Below are positions 1 to 13,381 of a DNA stretch of 64,000 bases, in pieces. The notes beneath the pieces were generated by a model. That model did no database searches. It had not been told where the DNA came from and saw nothing but the letters and a program-made list of their open reading frames with translations. Source of the DNA: an uncultured Gammaproteobacteria bacterium (GTDB lineage: Bacteria > Pseudomonadota > Gammaproteobacteria > UBA9214); the NCBI GenBank assembly GCA_963748215.1, contig CAVVHS010000003.1:64001-128000 (forward strand), given 5' to 3'. The number at the start of each line of letters is the position of its first letter. The stretch's first letter is position 1. A program made the position numbers and the translations under genes.

Positions 1-18
1 AAAAATGGAGGTAATGGT

Positions 19-360
19 ATGGTGAAACGTTACACAATTATGCTATCTGCTGTGGTCCTTGCCTTGGGGATGAGCGCTGTGCAGGCCTTCAATTTTATGA
101 ATCCGGGCGACTGGTTCGATAATGACCGCCATGATCGCTATGACCGGGGCTATTACGGTGGCTATGGTCCGTACGGCGGTGGACCCTATGGCTGGGGTGG
201 TGGCGGACCCTATGGCTGGGGTGGTGGCGGTCCCTATGGCTGGGGTGGTGGTCCCTATGGCTGGGGTGGTGGTCCCTATGGCGGGCAACCGAGCACGATA
301 GTCGTTACCCCGTCGTCAGGTGACAGTAAGGCTGCTCCCCCCCCCAAAGTTCCCGAGTAA
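19..360 (+). CDS. Sulfur globule envelope protein-like (Sgp family), secreted Gly/Tyr/Pro/Trp-rich protein
   Basis: Signal peptide ending AVQA; repeated GPYGWGGG units; Pro-rich tail; GGAGG RBS; sulfur-oxidiser gene context. Confidence 0.7.
   Translation: MVKRYTIMLSAVVLALGMSAVQAFNFMNPGDWFDNDRHDRYDRGYYGGYGPYGGGPYGWGGGGPYGWGGGGPYGWGGGPYGWGGGPYGGQPSTIVVTPSSGDSKAAPPPKVPE
181..282 (+). repeat. In-frame tandem repeat of 21-24 bp units GG(A/T)CCCTATGGCTGGGGTGGT(GGC), about 4.5 copies
   Basis: Units at 181, 205, 229, 250 and partial 271. Confidence 0.9.
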
Positions 361-484
361 CCTGCGGTAGCCGGGCTGCCGGGGCCGGTATTCCACGAGC
401 CTCGCATGCTTGCCGGAATTGTTATTCGTGGTCGCCATGCAGGATCAGCAGGGGAATGTCTGACCCCTGTCGCAGAGGCGGGGA

Positions 485-1336
485 TTATGCCCTGTTACTC
501 AATCCCAGGTTGGTCCATACCGCCAGTGCCGGTTCTGCACGGTTCAACGTGTAGAAATGCAGGCCTGGTGCGCCATGCGCCAGCAGTCGTTCGCACAGAC
601 CGGTAACGACTTCCTCACCGAAGGCGCGGATGGACTTGAGGTCCTCACCGTAGGATTCCAGGCGCCTGCGTATCCAGCGCGGTATTTCCGCGCCGCAGGC
701 ATCGGAGAAGCGTACCAGCTGATAGTAGTTGGTGATGGGCATGATGCCCGGCACGATCGGGATGTGAATGTCCTGCTTCGCGCAACGACCGATGAAGTTC
801 AGGTAGGCATCCGCATTGAAGAAATACTGGGTGATCGCGCTGTCGGCCCCGGCTGCCACCTTGCGTTTGAAGTTGGCCAGGTCGCGGTCGGGGCTCGTGG
901 CCTGCGGGTGGTATTCCGGGTAGGCGGCGACCTCGATGTGGAAGTGATCGCCGGTTGTCTCGCGGATGAATGCGACCAGTTCGTTGGCGTAGCGAAATTC
1001 GCCGGCCTCGACCATGCCGGAGGGCATGTCGCCGCGCAATGCCACGATATGCCGGATGCCCTTTGCCATGTAACCATCTAGCATCTCGCTGATATTGTCG
1101 CGTGTCGAACAGATGCAGGACAGGTGCGGTGCGGTTTCGATGCCTGATTTGGCCTGGATATCGGCAACGGTCTCAAAGGTGCGGTCGCGGGTGGAGCCGG
1201 CGGCGCCGAAGGTGACCGAAAAGAAGCGCGGCTTGAGCGTGGCAAGTTTCAGGCAGGTGGCTTCCAGTTTCGCTATTCCGTCCGCGGTCTTGGGCGGGAA
1301 GAACTCGAAGCTGAAGGTTGCGCGGTTGGTATCCAT
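485..1336 (-). CDS. metF: 5,10-methylenetetrahydrofolate reductase
   Basis: FSFEFFPPKT, ALRGD, AITQYFF, LHFYTLN motifs; downstream of ahcY. Confidence 0.95.
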   Translation of the reverse strand: MDTNRATFSFEFFPPKTADGIAKLEATCLKLATLKPRFFSVTFGAAGSTRDRTFETVADIQAKSGIETAPHLSCICSTRDNISEMLDGYMAKGIRHIVALRGDMPSGMVEAGEFRYANELVAFIRETTGDHFHIEVAAYPEYHPQATSPDRDLANFKRKVAAGADSAITQYFFNADAYLNFIGRCAKQDIHIPIVPGIMPITNYYQLVRFSDACGAEIPRWIRRRLESYGEDLKSIRAFGEEVVTGLCERLLAHGAPGLHFYTLNRAEPALAVWTNLGLSNRA

Positions 1337-1434
1337 GGCACGGCTGGTCAGTTCATTTCACCGCAGGAATGCAGCGTGTAAGGTGAATCACACCGCTGGC
1401 CCCGCAGAGCCGGGGGCAGCGGTGCCTATGGTTG

Positions 1435-2848
<1,414 letters not shown>

Positions 2849-2852
<4 letters not shown>

Positions 2853-4042
2853 GAAATTCCTCTCGTCGTCGATTCGTTAACGGCCGGCTCGTCGCGCAGG
2901 GTGTCGGCCAGGTCGGTGTTTTCCCAGGTGAAGCGGTCACCCGTACGGCCGAAATGGCCATACGCGGCGGTATCGCGGTAACCGGGCCTGAGCAGGTCCA
3001 GCATCTTCACCATGCCGCGCGGCCGCAGGTCGAAATGTTTGCGCACCAGTGCCACCAGGCGTGCCTCGTCCACCTTGCCGGTACCGAAGGTATTGATGCT
3101 GATGGACGTCGGCTCGGCGACGCCGATGGCATAGGAAACCTGTATCTCGCACCTGTCGGCCAGGCCGGCGGCAACGATGTTCTTGGCCACGTAACGCGCG
3201 GCATAGGCGGCCGAACGATCCACCTTGCTGGGATCCTTGCCGGAAAACGCGCCGCCACCGTGCCGGGCCATGCCGCCATAGGTGTCGACGATGATCTTGC
3301 GGCCGGTCAGGCCGCAGTCACCCATCGGGCCGCCGATGACAAAGCGGCCGGTCGGGTTGATGTGAATGTTTTCCTGCTTGCACTGATCGAGCCACTCTGC
3401 CGGGATGACCGGCTTGATGATCTCGTCCATGACCGCCTCGCGGATGGCCTTGAGACCGATGTCCGGATCGTGCTGGGTCGACAGCACCACGGCCTCGACG
3501 CCGACCGGGCGGTCGTTTTCATATCTAAAGGTAAGCTGGCTCTTGGCGTCCGGACGCAGCCACGGCAGGGTGCCGTTCTTGCGCACCTCGGCCTGGCGTT
3601 CCACCAGCCGGTGGGCATAGGTGATCGGCGCCGGCATCAGCACATCGGTCTCGTTGCTGGCGTAGCCGAACATCAGCCCCTGGTCGCCGGCACCCTGTTC
3701 GCGGTCTTCCGACTCGTCCACGCCCATGGCGATATCCGGAGACTGCTTGCCGATGGCATTCAGCACCGCGCAGGACTCCCAGTCGAAGCCGATGTCCGAA
3801 CTGTTGTAGCCGATGTCACGTACCGTGTGTCGCACGATGGCCTCGAGATCCACCCATGCGCTGGTGGTGACCTCGCCGGCGATCATGACCATGCCGGTCT
3901 TGACCAGTGTCTCGACGGCCACGCGCGCCTGCGCATCCTGCTCGAGAATGCCGTCCAGCACCGCATCCGATATCTGGTCGGCGACCTTGTCCGGATGGCC
4001 TTCGGACACGGATTCTGATGTAAATATATGAAAATTAGACAT
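2849..4042 (-). CDS. metK: S-adenosylmethionine synthetase
   Basis: [28 protein letters not shown] motifs; stop overlaps ahcY start. Confidence 0.97.
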
Positions 4043-4156
4043 AATTTATACTTATTGGTCACACGGAACGGGCAAGTTTACCCTACGTTGGTGATATTTT
4101 CATCAGCACGCGTGTTGCATAGAGTACACATACTGCTGATGCATGAGGATTCTACT

Positions 4157-4729
4157 TTGGTTCGTACTGAGACACCGGTCTGCGAGTTCGGTTTACCCGC
4201 CGTCGATTTCGCGCTGCCCGGGACGGACGGGAAGACCTGGACACTCGCAGAATGCTGCGGTCCGCGCGGACTGCTGGTGATGTTTATCTGCAACCATTGC
4301 CCGTTTGTACAGGCAATCCGCGAACGGCTGGTGCGTGACACGCGGGAGTTGCGGGAACTGGGAGTCCACAGCGTGGCCATCATGTCCAACGATCCCCGCC
4401 AGTACCCGGAAGACAGCTTCGAGAATATGCGCGCGATCGCCGCACAGTATGATTTCCCGTTTCCCTACCTGCTGGACGAGACCCAGCAGGTCGCGCGTGC
4501 CTACGGCGCCGTCTGTACCCCTGATTTCTTCGGCTATAACAGTAAGTTGCAGCTGCAGTACCGGGGGCGCCTGGATGCCAGCGGCATGCAGGCGGCGGCA
4601 CCGGATGCGCGCCGTGACCTGTTCGAGGCCATGCGCCAGGTGGCCGGGACCGGCCAGGGGCCGATTGATCAGATCCCCAGTATTGGCTGCTCCATCAAGT
4701 GGCGCGATGCGGAGCCCGCAGGGACTTGA
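4157..4729 (+). CDS. Thioredoxin-like / AhpC-TSA family protein
   Basis: FICNHCPFV, ACTPDFF-like VCTPDFF, GCSIKW motifs; probable TTG start after GAGGA. Confidence 0.85.
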   Translation: MVRTETPVCEFGLPAVDFALPGTDGKTWTLAECCGPRGLLVMFICNHCPFVQAIRERLVRDTRELRELGVHSVAIMSNDPRQYPEDSFENMRAIAAQYDFPFPYLLDETQQVARAYGAVCTPDFFGYNSKLQLQYRGRLDASGMQAAAPDARRDLFEAMRQVAGTGQGPIDQIPSIGCSIKWRDAEPAGT

Positions 4730-4915
4730 TCCCGGTCAATAAGTTATTGTTATACCGTGATAAAATATCGACCGGCGAAATGGCGACCGCCGCGTCCTGC
4801 TATTGCCGTAGCGGTCAAACTAGGGGAAAATAGCGCGCCTTGCCTGAAGGCAGGTGCCCGACGGCCGGCGGGAAGCTCGATACCGACAAGGCCTGCGCAA
4901 ACGACACGAACAATT

Positions 4916-4953
4916 GCCTCAGTGCAACTGAACTGGCACTGGAGGCTTTTTTT
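4916..4953 (+). terminator. Intrinsic terminator-like hairpin upstream of tkt
   Basis: GCCTCAGTGC pairs with GCACTGGAGGC (one bulge), followed by T7. Confidence 0.6.
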
Positions 4954-5058
4954 ATCGCTGAACCCGGACGCGCCGGCAGGCGCGCCTCGCCACACATGCT
5001 CGTGTCGGCGGTGCGGCGACAACGTTGACAGGAATTCAAATCAGAACAGGAGAAAACA

Positions 5059-8118
<3,060 letters not shown>

Positions 8119-8250
8119 GCCGTCAGGCATTCAGTGGCCGGCTACCAGCCACGGCTGGTAGCCGGCCGCTGAAGGCTCCCGCTGAGTGGTTTCAGGCAAG
8201 GCACACCTTGGTCCTGAGATCTTTCAGAACTGTCAACAAGGAGATCAATC

Positions 8251-9435
8251 ATGTCCTTCATCAAGCTGACCGACCTCGACCTGGCTGGCAAGCGCGTGCT
8301 GATCCGCGCCGACCTCAATGTGCCGGTTAAAGACGGCAAGGTCACATCCGACGCGCGCATCAGCGCCTCCATGCCTACCATCGAACACTGCATGAAGGCA
8401 GGCGCCAAGGTCATGGTGATGTCGCACCGCGGCCGTCCCGTGGAGGGGGAGGTCGACGAGGAAAATTCGATGCAGCCGATTGCCGACGACATGTCGGCCA
8501 AGCTCGGCAAGCCGGTGCGCCTGGTCAAGGACTACCTCGATAACGCGCCGCACCTCGGCGATGGCGAGGTCGTGCTGTTCGAGAACGTGCGCTTCAACAC
8601 CGGCGAGAAAAAGGACGACGAGGCGCTGGCGAAAAAATATGCGGCCCTGTGCGACGTGTTCGTGATGGATGCCTTCGGCACCGCGCACCGTGCGCAGGCC
8701 TCGACCCACGGCGTGGGCAAGTTCGCCCCGATTGCCTGTGCCGGTCTGCTGCTGGCCGAGGAACTGGACGCACTGGCCAAGGCGCTGGCCAAACCGGCAC
8801 GCCCGATGGTGGCGATTGTCGGCGGTTCCAAGGTGTCGACCAAGCTGACCGTGCTGGAGGCGCTGTCCGACAAGGTCGATCAGCTGGTCGTCGGCGGCGG
8901 CATCGCCAATACCTTCCTCAAGGCCACCGGCAAGAACGTCGGCAAGTCGCTGTGCGAGGACGACCTGGTCCCGACCGCCCAGGCCCTGATCGAGAAGATG
9001 AAGGGGCGCGGCGCCAGTATCCCGATCGCCGTCGACGTGGTTTGCGGCAAGAAGTTCGATGAAAACGAGCCGGCTGTGCTGAAGGACGCGGGCGACGTTG
9101 AGGACGATGACATGATCTTCGATATCGGTCCGAAGTCCGCGCAGGAACTGGCCGACATCATCAGCAAGGCCGGCACCATTGTCTGGAACGGCCCGGTCGG
9201 CGTGTTCGAGTTTGACCAGTTCGGCGAGGGCACAAAAACCGTAGCCATGGCGATTGCCAATGCCAAGGGCTTCAGCCTGGCCGGCGGCGGCGACACCATT
9301 GCCGCCATCCAGAAGTACGATATCTTCGACAAGGTTTCCTATATTTCCACGGCCGGCGGCGCCTTCCTTGAATACCTGGAAGGCAAGACACTGCCAGCGG
9401 TCGCGATGCTGGAAGAACGGGCAAGTCAGCCATAA
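8251..9435 (+). CDS. pgk: Phosphoglycerate kinase
   Basis: [34 protein letters not shown]. Confidence 0.97.
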   Translation: MSFIKLTDLDLAGKRVLIRADLNVPVKDGKVTSDARISASMPTIEHCMKAGAKVMVMSHRGRPVEGEVDEENSMQPIADDMSAKLGKPVRLVKDYLDNAPHLGDGEVVLFENVRFNTGEKKDDEALAKKYAALCDVFVMDAFGTAHRAQASTHGVGKFAPIACAGLLLAEELDALAKALAKPARPMVAIVGGSKVSTKLTVLEALSDKVDQLVVGGGIANTFLKATGKNVGKSLCEDDLVPTAQALIEKMKGRGASIPIAVDVVCGKKFDENEPAVLKDAGDVEDDDMIFDIGPKSAQELADIISKAGTIVWNGPVGVFEFDQFGEGTKTVAMAIANAKGFSLAGGGDTIAAIQKYDIFDKVSYISTAGGAFLEYLEGKTLPAVAMLEERASQP

Positions 9436-9468
9436 CCGGCTTGCAGTCAGGTATCCGGGTTCGCATTT

Positions 9469-10914
9469 ATGCCAAGACGCACCAAGATTGTCGCGACGCT
9501 GGGTCCGGCCACTGACAAGGAAAATGTGCTCGATGACATGATCCGGGCCGGCATGGACGTGGTCAGGGTCAATTTCTCCCATGGCTCCCATGAAGACCAC
9601 CTGCGGCGTGCGGAGACGGTTCGCAACCGTGCGCGTGCGCACGGCCACCAGGTCGGTGTGCTCGCGGACCTGCAGGGGCCGAAGATCCGCATCGAACGTT
9701 TCAGCGAAGGCCGTATCCTGCTGGAAAAGGGTGAAAACTTCATACTGGATGCCGCGCTGGGTGCAGAAGGCGGCACCAATGAACGTGTCGGCGTAACCTA
9801 CAAGGGCCTGCCCGGCGACGTGGCGCGTGGCGACACGCTGCTGCTGGACGACGGCATGCTGGAGTTATGGGTCGAGGACGTGGTCGATGCCGAGGTGCGC
9901 TGCCGGGTGATGGTCGGCGGCTACCTGAGCAACAGCAAGGGTATCAACCGGCTGGGTGGTGGCCTGACAGCAAAGACGCTGACCGACAAGGACCGTGATG
10001 ACATCCGATTCGCTGCGGAAATGGGCGCCGACTACGTGGCGATTTCCTTCCCGCGCTCGGCCGAGGATATTCACGAGGCGCGCGAGCTGCTGCGCGCAGC
10101 CGGGGGGCATGGCGGCATCGTTGCGAAAATCGAGCGTGCCGAGGCACTGAACGCACTGGAAGAGATCATCAAGGCCGCAGATGTCGTGATGATCGCGCGT
10201 GGTGACCTGGGTGTGGAGATCGGTGATGCCGAATTACCAGCCGTACAGAAGCGCATCATTTCCATCGCGCGTTCGATGGATCGGGTGGTGATCACGGCCA
10301 CGCAGATGATGCAGTCGATGGTGGAAAGTCCGATACCGACGCGTGCGGAGGTATTCGATGTCGCCAACGCCGTGATCGATGGCACCGATGCGGTAATGCT
10401 GTCGGCCGAGACCGCGGCCGGGCGCTATCCGGCCAAGGTGATCGAGGCGATGGACCGCATCTGCGCCGGCGCCGAGCGCCAGCGAATCACCGCGGCGGCG
10501 GAGCGGCGCATCAGCATGCGATTCAAGCGTGCGGACGAGGCGATCGCCAAGGCCACGATGTACACCGCCAACAGCCTGGGCGTCAAGGCTATCGCGGCGC
10601 TGACCGAGTCGGGCGCCACGCCGCTGTGGATGTCACGCATCAGTTCGGGTATTCCTATTTTCGCCATGACACGGCACGTCGAGACGCGCCGCAAGGTGAC
10701 GTTGTATCGCGGTGTTTATCCGGTGAGCTTCGATGTCACCACGCCCGACCATGCAACGGTCAACATGGAAGCCATCGACGAGCTGGTACGGCGCGGCGCC
10801 GTGCGTGACGGCGACATGGTCATCATCACCAAGGGTGACCTGATGGGCGTGCACGGTGGCACCAATGCCATGAAGATCATCATGGTGGGTGAGCACGAGA
10901 TCATCGAGCAGTAG
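9469..10914 (+). CDS. pyk: Pyruvate kinase
   Basis: RRTKIVATLGP, DLQGPKIR, ARGDLGVE, DAVMLSAETA. Confidence 0.96.
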   Translation: MPRRTKIVATLGPATDKENVLDDMIRAGMDVVRVNFSHGSHEDHLRRAETVRNRARAHGHQVGVLADLQGPKIRIERFSEGRILLEKGENFILDAALGAEGGTNERVGVTYKGLPGDVARGDTLLLDDGMLELWVEDVVDAEVRCRVMVGGYLSNSKGINRLGGGLTAKTLTDKDRDDIRFAAEMGADYVAISFPRSAEDIHEARELLRAAGGHGGIVAKIERAEALNALEEIIKAADVVMIARGDLGVEIGDAELPAVQKRIISIARSMDRVVITATQMMQSMVESPIPTRAEVFDVANAVIDGTDAVMLSAETAAGRYPAKVIEAMDRICAGAERQRITAAAERRISMRFKRADEAIAKATMYTANSLGVKAIAALTESGATPLWMSRISSGIPIFAMTRHVETRRKVTLYRGVYPVSFDVTTPDHATVNMEAIDELVRRGAVRDGDMVIITKGDLMGVHGGTNAMKIIMVGEHEIIEQ

Positions 10915-11021
10915 ATTTCCGCCGGCGACCATGACCGTTTCCGGCACGACGGTGACTGACTGGGAAAGTCAGCAGTTTTTTTCAACTAGACAAATAACCA
11001 GGTGGTTTTGAGGAGAAGACA

Positions 11022-12086
11022 ATGGCCATTATATCGTTACGCCAGTTACTGGACCACGCTGCCGAGCACGGCTACGGCTGTCCGGCTTTCAATGTAAACA
11101 ACATGGAGCAGATGCATGCCATCATGGAGGCAGCGGACGAGACCGACAGTCCCGTGATCTGCCAGGCATCCGCAGGTGCGCGTTCCTACGCGGGTGCGCC
11201 GTTCCTGCGTCATCTGATCCAGGCCGCTGTTGAACAGTGGCCGCACATCCCGGTTGTCGTACACCAGGATCACGGCGCCTCGCCGGCCGTTTGCCAGCGT
11301 TCGATCCAGCTGGGTTTCAGTTCGGTGATGATGGATGGTTCGCTGGGCGAGGACATGAAGACCCCGATGAGCTACGAATACAATGCCGAGGTGACGGCAC
11401 GCACTGTCGCCATGGCGCACGCCTGCGGCGTGTCCGTGGAGGGCGAGCTGGGTTGCCTGGGTTCGCTGGAAACCGGCATGGCCGGCGAGGAAGACGGCTC
11501 GGGCGCCGAGGGCAAGCTGGATCACTCGCAGCTGCTGACTGACCCGGAAGAGGCCGCACGCTTCGTCGAGGATACCAAGTGTGATGCACTGGCAATCGCC
11601 ATCGGCACCAGCCACGGTGCCTACAAGTTCACCCGCCCGCCGACCGGCGACATCCTGGCCATAGAGCGCATCAAGGCAATCCATGCGCGCATCCCGGACA
11701 CCCACCTGGTGATGCATGGTTCCTCATCGGTGCCGCAGGAGTGGCTGAAGATCATCAACGAAAACGGTGGCGCGATGGGCGAGACCTACGGCGTGCCGGT
11801 CGAGGAAATCCAGGAAGGCATCAAGCACGGCGTGCGCAAGGTCAATATCGATACCGATCTGCGCATGGCCTCCACCGGTGCCATCCGCAAGTACCTCTTC
11901 GAGCACCCGGCCGACTTCGATCCGCGCAAGTACCTGAAGGCCGCGACCAAGGGCATGAAGGATATCTGCAGGGCCCGTTACGAGGCGTTCGGCACGGCCG
12001 GCAATGCATCCCGGATCAAGCCGATCAACCTGGAAGACATGTACAAGCGCTACGCTTCGGGCGAGCTGGATCCGCGCGTTAACTAG
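11022..12086 (+). CDS. fba: Fructose-bisphosphate aldolase class II (Calvin-cycle subtype)
   Basis: [36 protein letters not shown]. Confidence 0.96.
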   Translation: MAIISLRQLLDHAAEHGYGCPAFNVNNMEQMHAIMEAADETDSPVICQASAGARSYAGAPFLRHLIQAAVEQWPHIPVVVHQDHGASPAVCQRSIQLGFSSVMMDGSLGEDMKTPMSYEYNAEVTARTVAMAHACGVSVEGELGCLGSLETGMAGEEDGSGAEGKLDHSQLLTDPEEAARFVEDTKCDALAIAIGTSHGAYKFTRPPTGDILAIERIKAIHARIPDTHLVMHGSSSVPQEWLKIINENGGAMGETYGVPVEEIQEGIKHGVRKVNIDTDLRMASTGAIRKYLFEHPADFDPRKYLKAATKGMKDICRARYEAFGTAGNASRIKPINLEDMYKRYASGELDPRVN

Positions 12087-12102
12087 GCGTCCACGGTGAC
12101 GG

Positions 12103-12131
12103 AAAAAGGCGGCGCAAGCCGCCTTTTTTTA
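12103..12131. terminator. Bidirectional intrinsic terminator after fba
   Basis: AAAAAGGCGGC-GCAA-GCCGCCTTTTTTT. Confidence 0.9.
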
Positions 12132-12454
12132 TTGGCGTGCCGGGCCGCTTGCCCGCATTTCTCACCGGGATCCCGGATGCTGGCGCAGTGCTCGTGTGAC
12201 TGGACGCCGCTCTGGAATGAAAGTGGTAGCCGTAGCTACCACTTGAATGAAGAGCAAGTACGGGTGCACGAGAACCAGCCAGGGCCGGGATAGGCGCCGC
12301 CCGAAGACACACTGTTTGTAGCTGAATGGGCATCGCTTTCATGATTTCAATTGTTTATGTCCGTCAACAGCCGCCCGGTGAGAAATGCGGGCTAGCCAGC
12401 CGTGTTAACCAGTTAACGTGTCATGGCCCGGGGGCGGGTATAATCGGTCCTGCC

Positions 12455-13114
12455 ATGAAACGAATCCTGCTCTTCCCGTTTGCCGGCCTGTTGCTGGGCG
12501 CATTTGCCCTGGCGTTGTTGCTGGCGTCGAACCTGTATACTTACCACCGGCTCACGGCAGAGGCGCCGATTGCCGAGTTGCGTTTCAGGCAGATCGGTCC
12601 GCAACGGTACGAGGCCACGATTGCCTACGGCGACTTCTGTCACGAACAGCGCTTCCTGCTGCACGGCGACCAGTGGCGGCTCGATGCCCGGTTTCTCAAG
12701 TGGCGGCCCTGGGCAAACCTGCTCGGCTTCGATGCGATGTACCGGATCGAGCGGCTGGGCGGACGTTACGGCGCGGTGGTCGAAGACAACGCAGGGCACC
12801 ATCTGGCCCACGAGCTGCGTGACGCCGAGCGGATCGACCTGCCCGCCATCCTCGACCGCTACAGCGGGCCGTTTTCGCCGGTCGATACCCTGTATGGCAG
12901 CTCGGTCTATGATGCGATGCACGAGGACCGCCTGTACCGGGTCTATCGCGGGCAGTCCGGCCTGCTGGTCAGGCAGGTGTCGCTGGCGGACGTCGCAATT
13001 CCCGGTCGCGGGATAACGATCGAGATCAACAAGGCCTGCACCGCGGGGCGCGGCATGGTGGACGAGGTGACGGAATACGCAGGTCGCCTCAATCGCAAGT
13101 CCGCAGCCCCCTGA
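12455..13114 (+). CDS. Hypothetical membrane-anchored protein
   Basis: N-terminal hydrophobic segment; GDQWRLDARFLKW and VDTLYGSSVY look like conserved blocks; TATAAT just upstream. Confidence 0.65.
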   Translation: MKRILLFPFAGLLLGAFALALLLASNLYTYHRLTAEAPIAELRFRQIGPQRYEATIAYGDFCHEQRFLLHGDQWRLDARFLKWRPWANLLGFDAMYRIERLGGRYGAVVEDNAGHHLAHELRDAERIDLPAILDRYSGPFSPVDTLYGSSVYDAMHEDRLYRVYRGQSGLLVRQVSLADVAIPGRGITIEINKACTAGRGMVDEVTEYAGRLNRKSAAP

Positions 13115-13381
13115 AGCTGCCGGAACCCGCGCCTCCACCACTCGCTCTCGGGAGGCATCGGCATCCCAATTACCTGATAAATATCAATTAATTGAAGAAG
13201 CATCGCGGATCCGCGACGGAACGGTCCGGTGCGGGTTTGGCTGGCGGCGTGGCGGCTCAACTTCGGGGCCGGGAATCCGATAAAAGATGTATGGAAAATC
13301 AAAAGATTATCCTCTCAGCGGCCTGCCGTCGCGGTGCTGCGGGGAGAACTGCGGTTTTGTCAGTGCCGGCGGGTATCGTTC

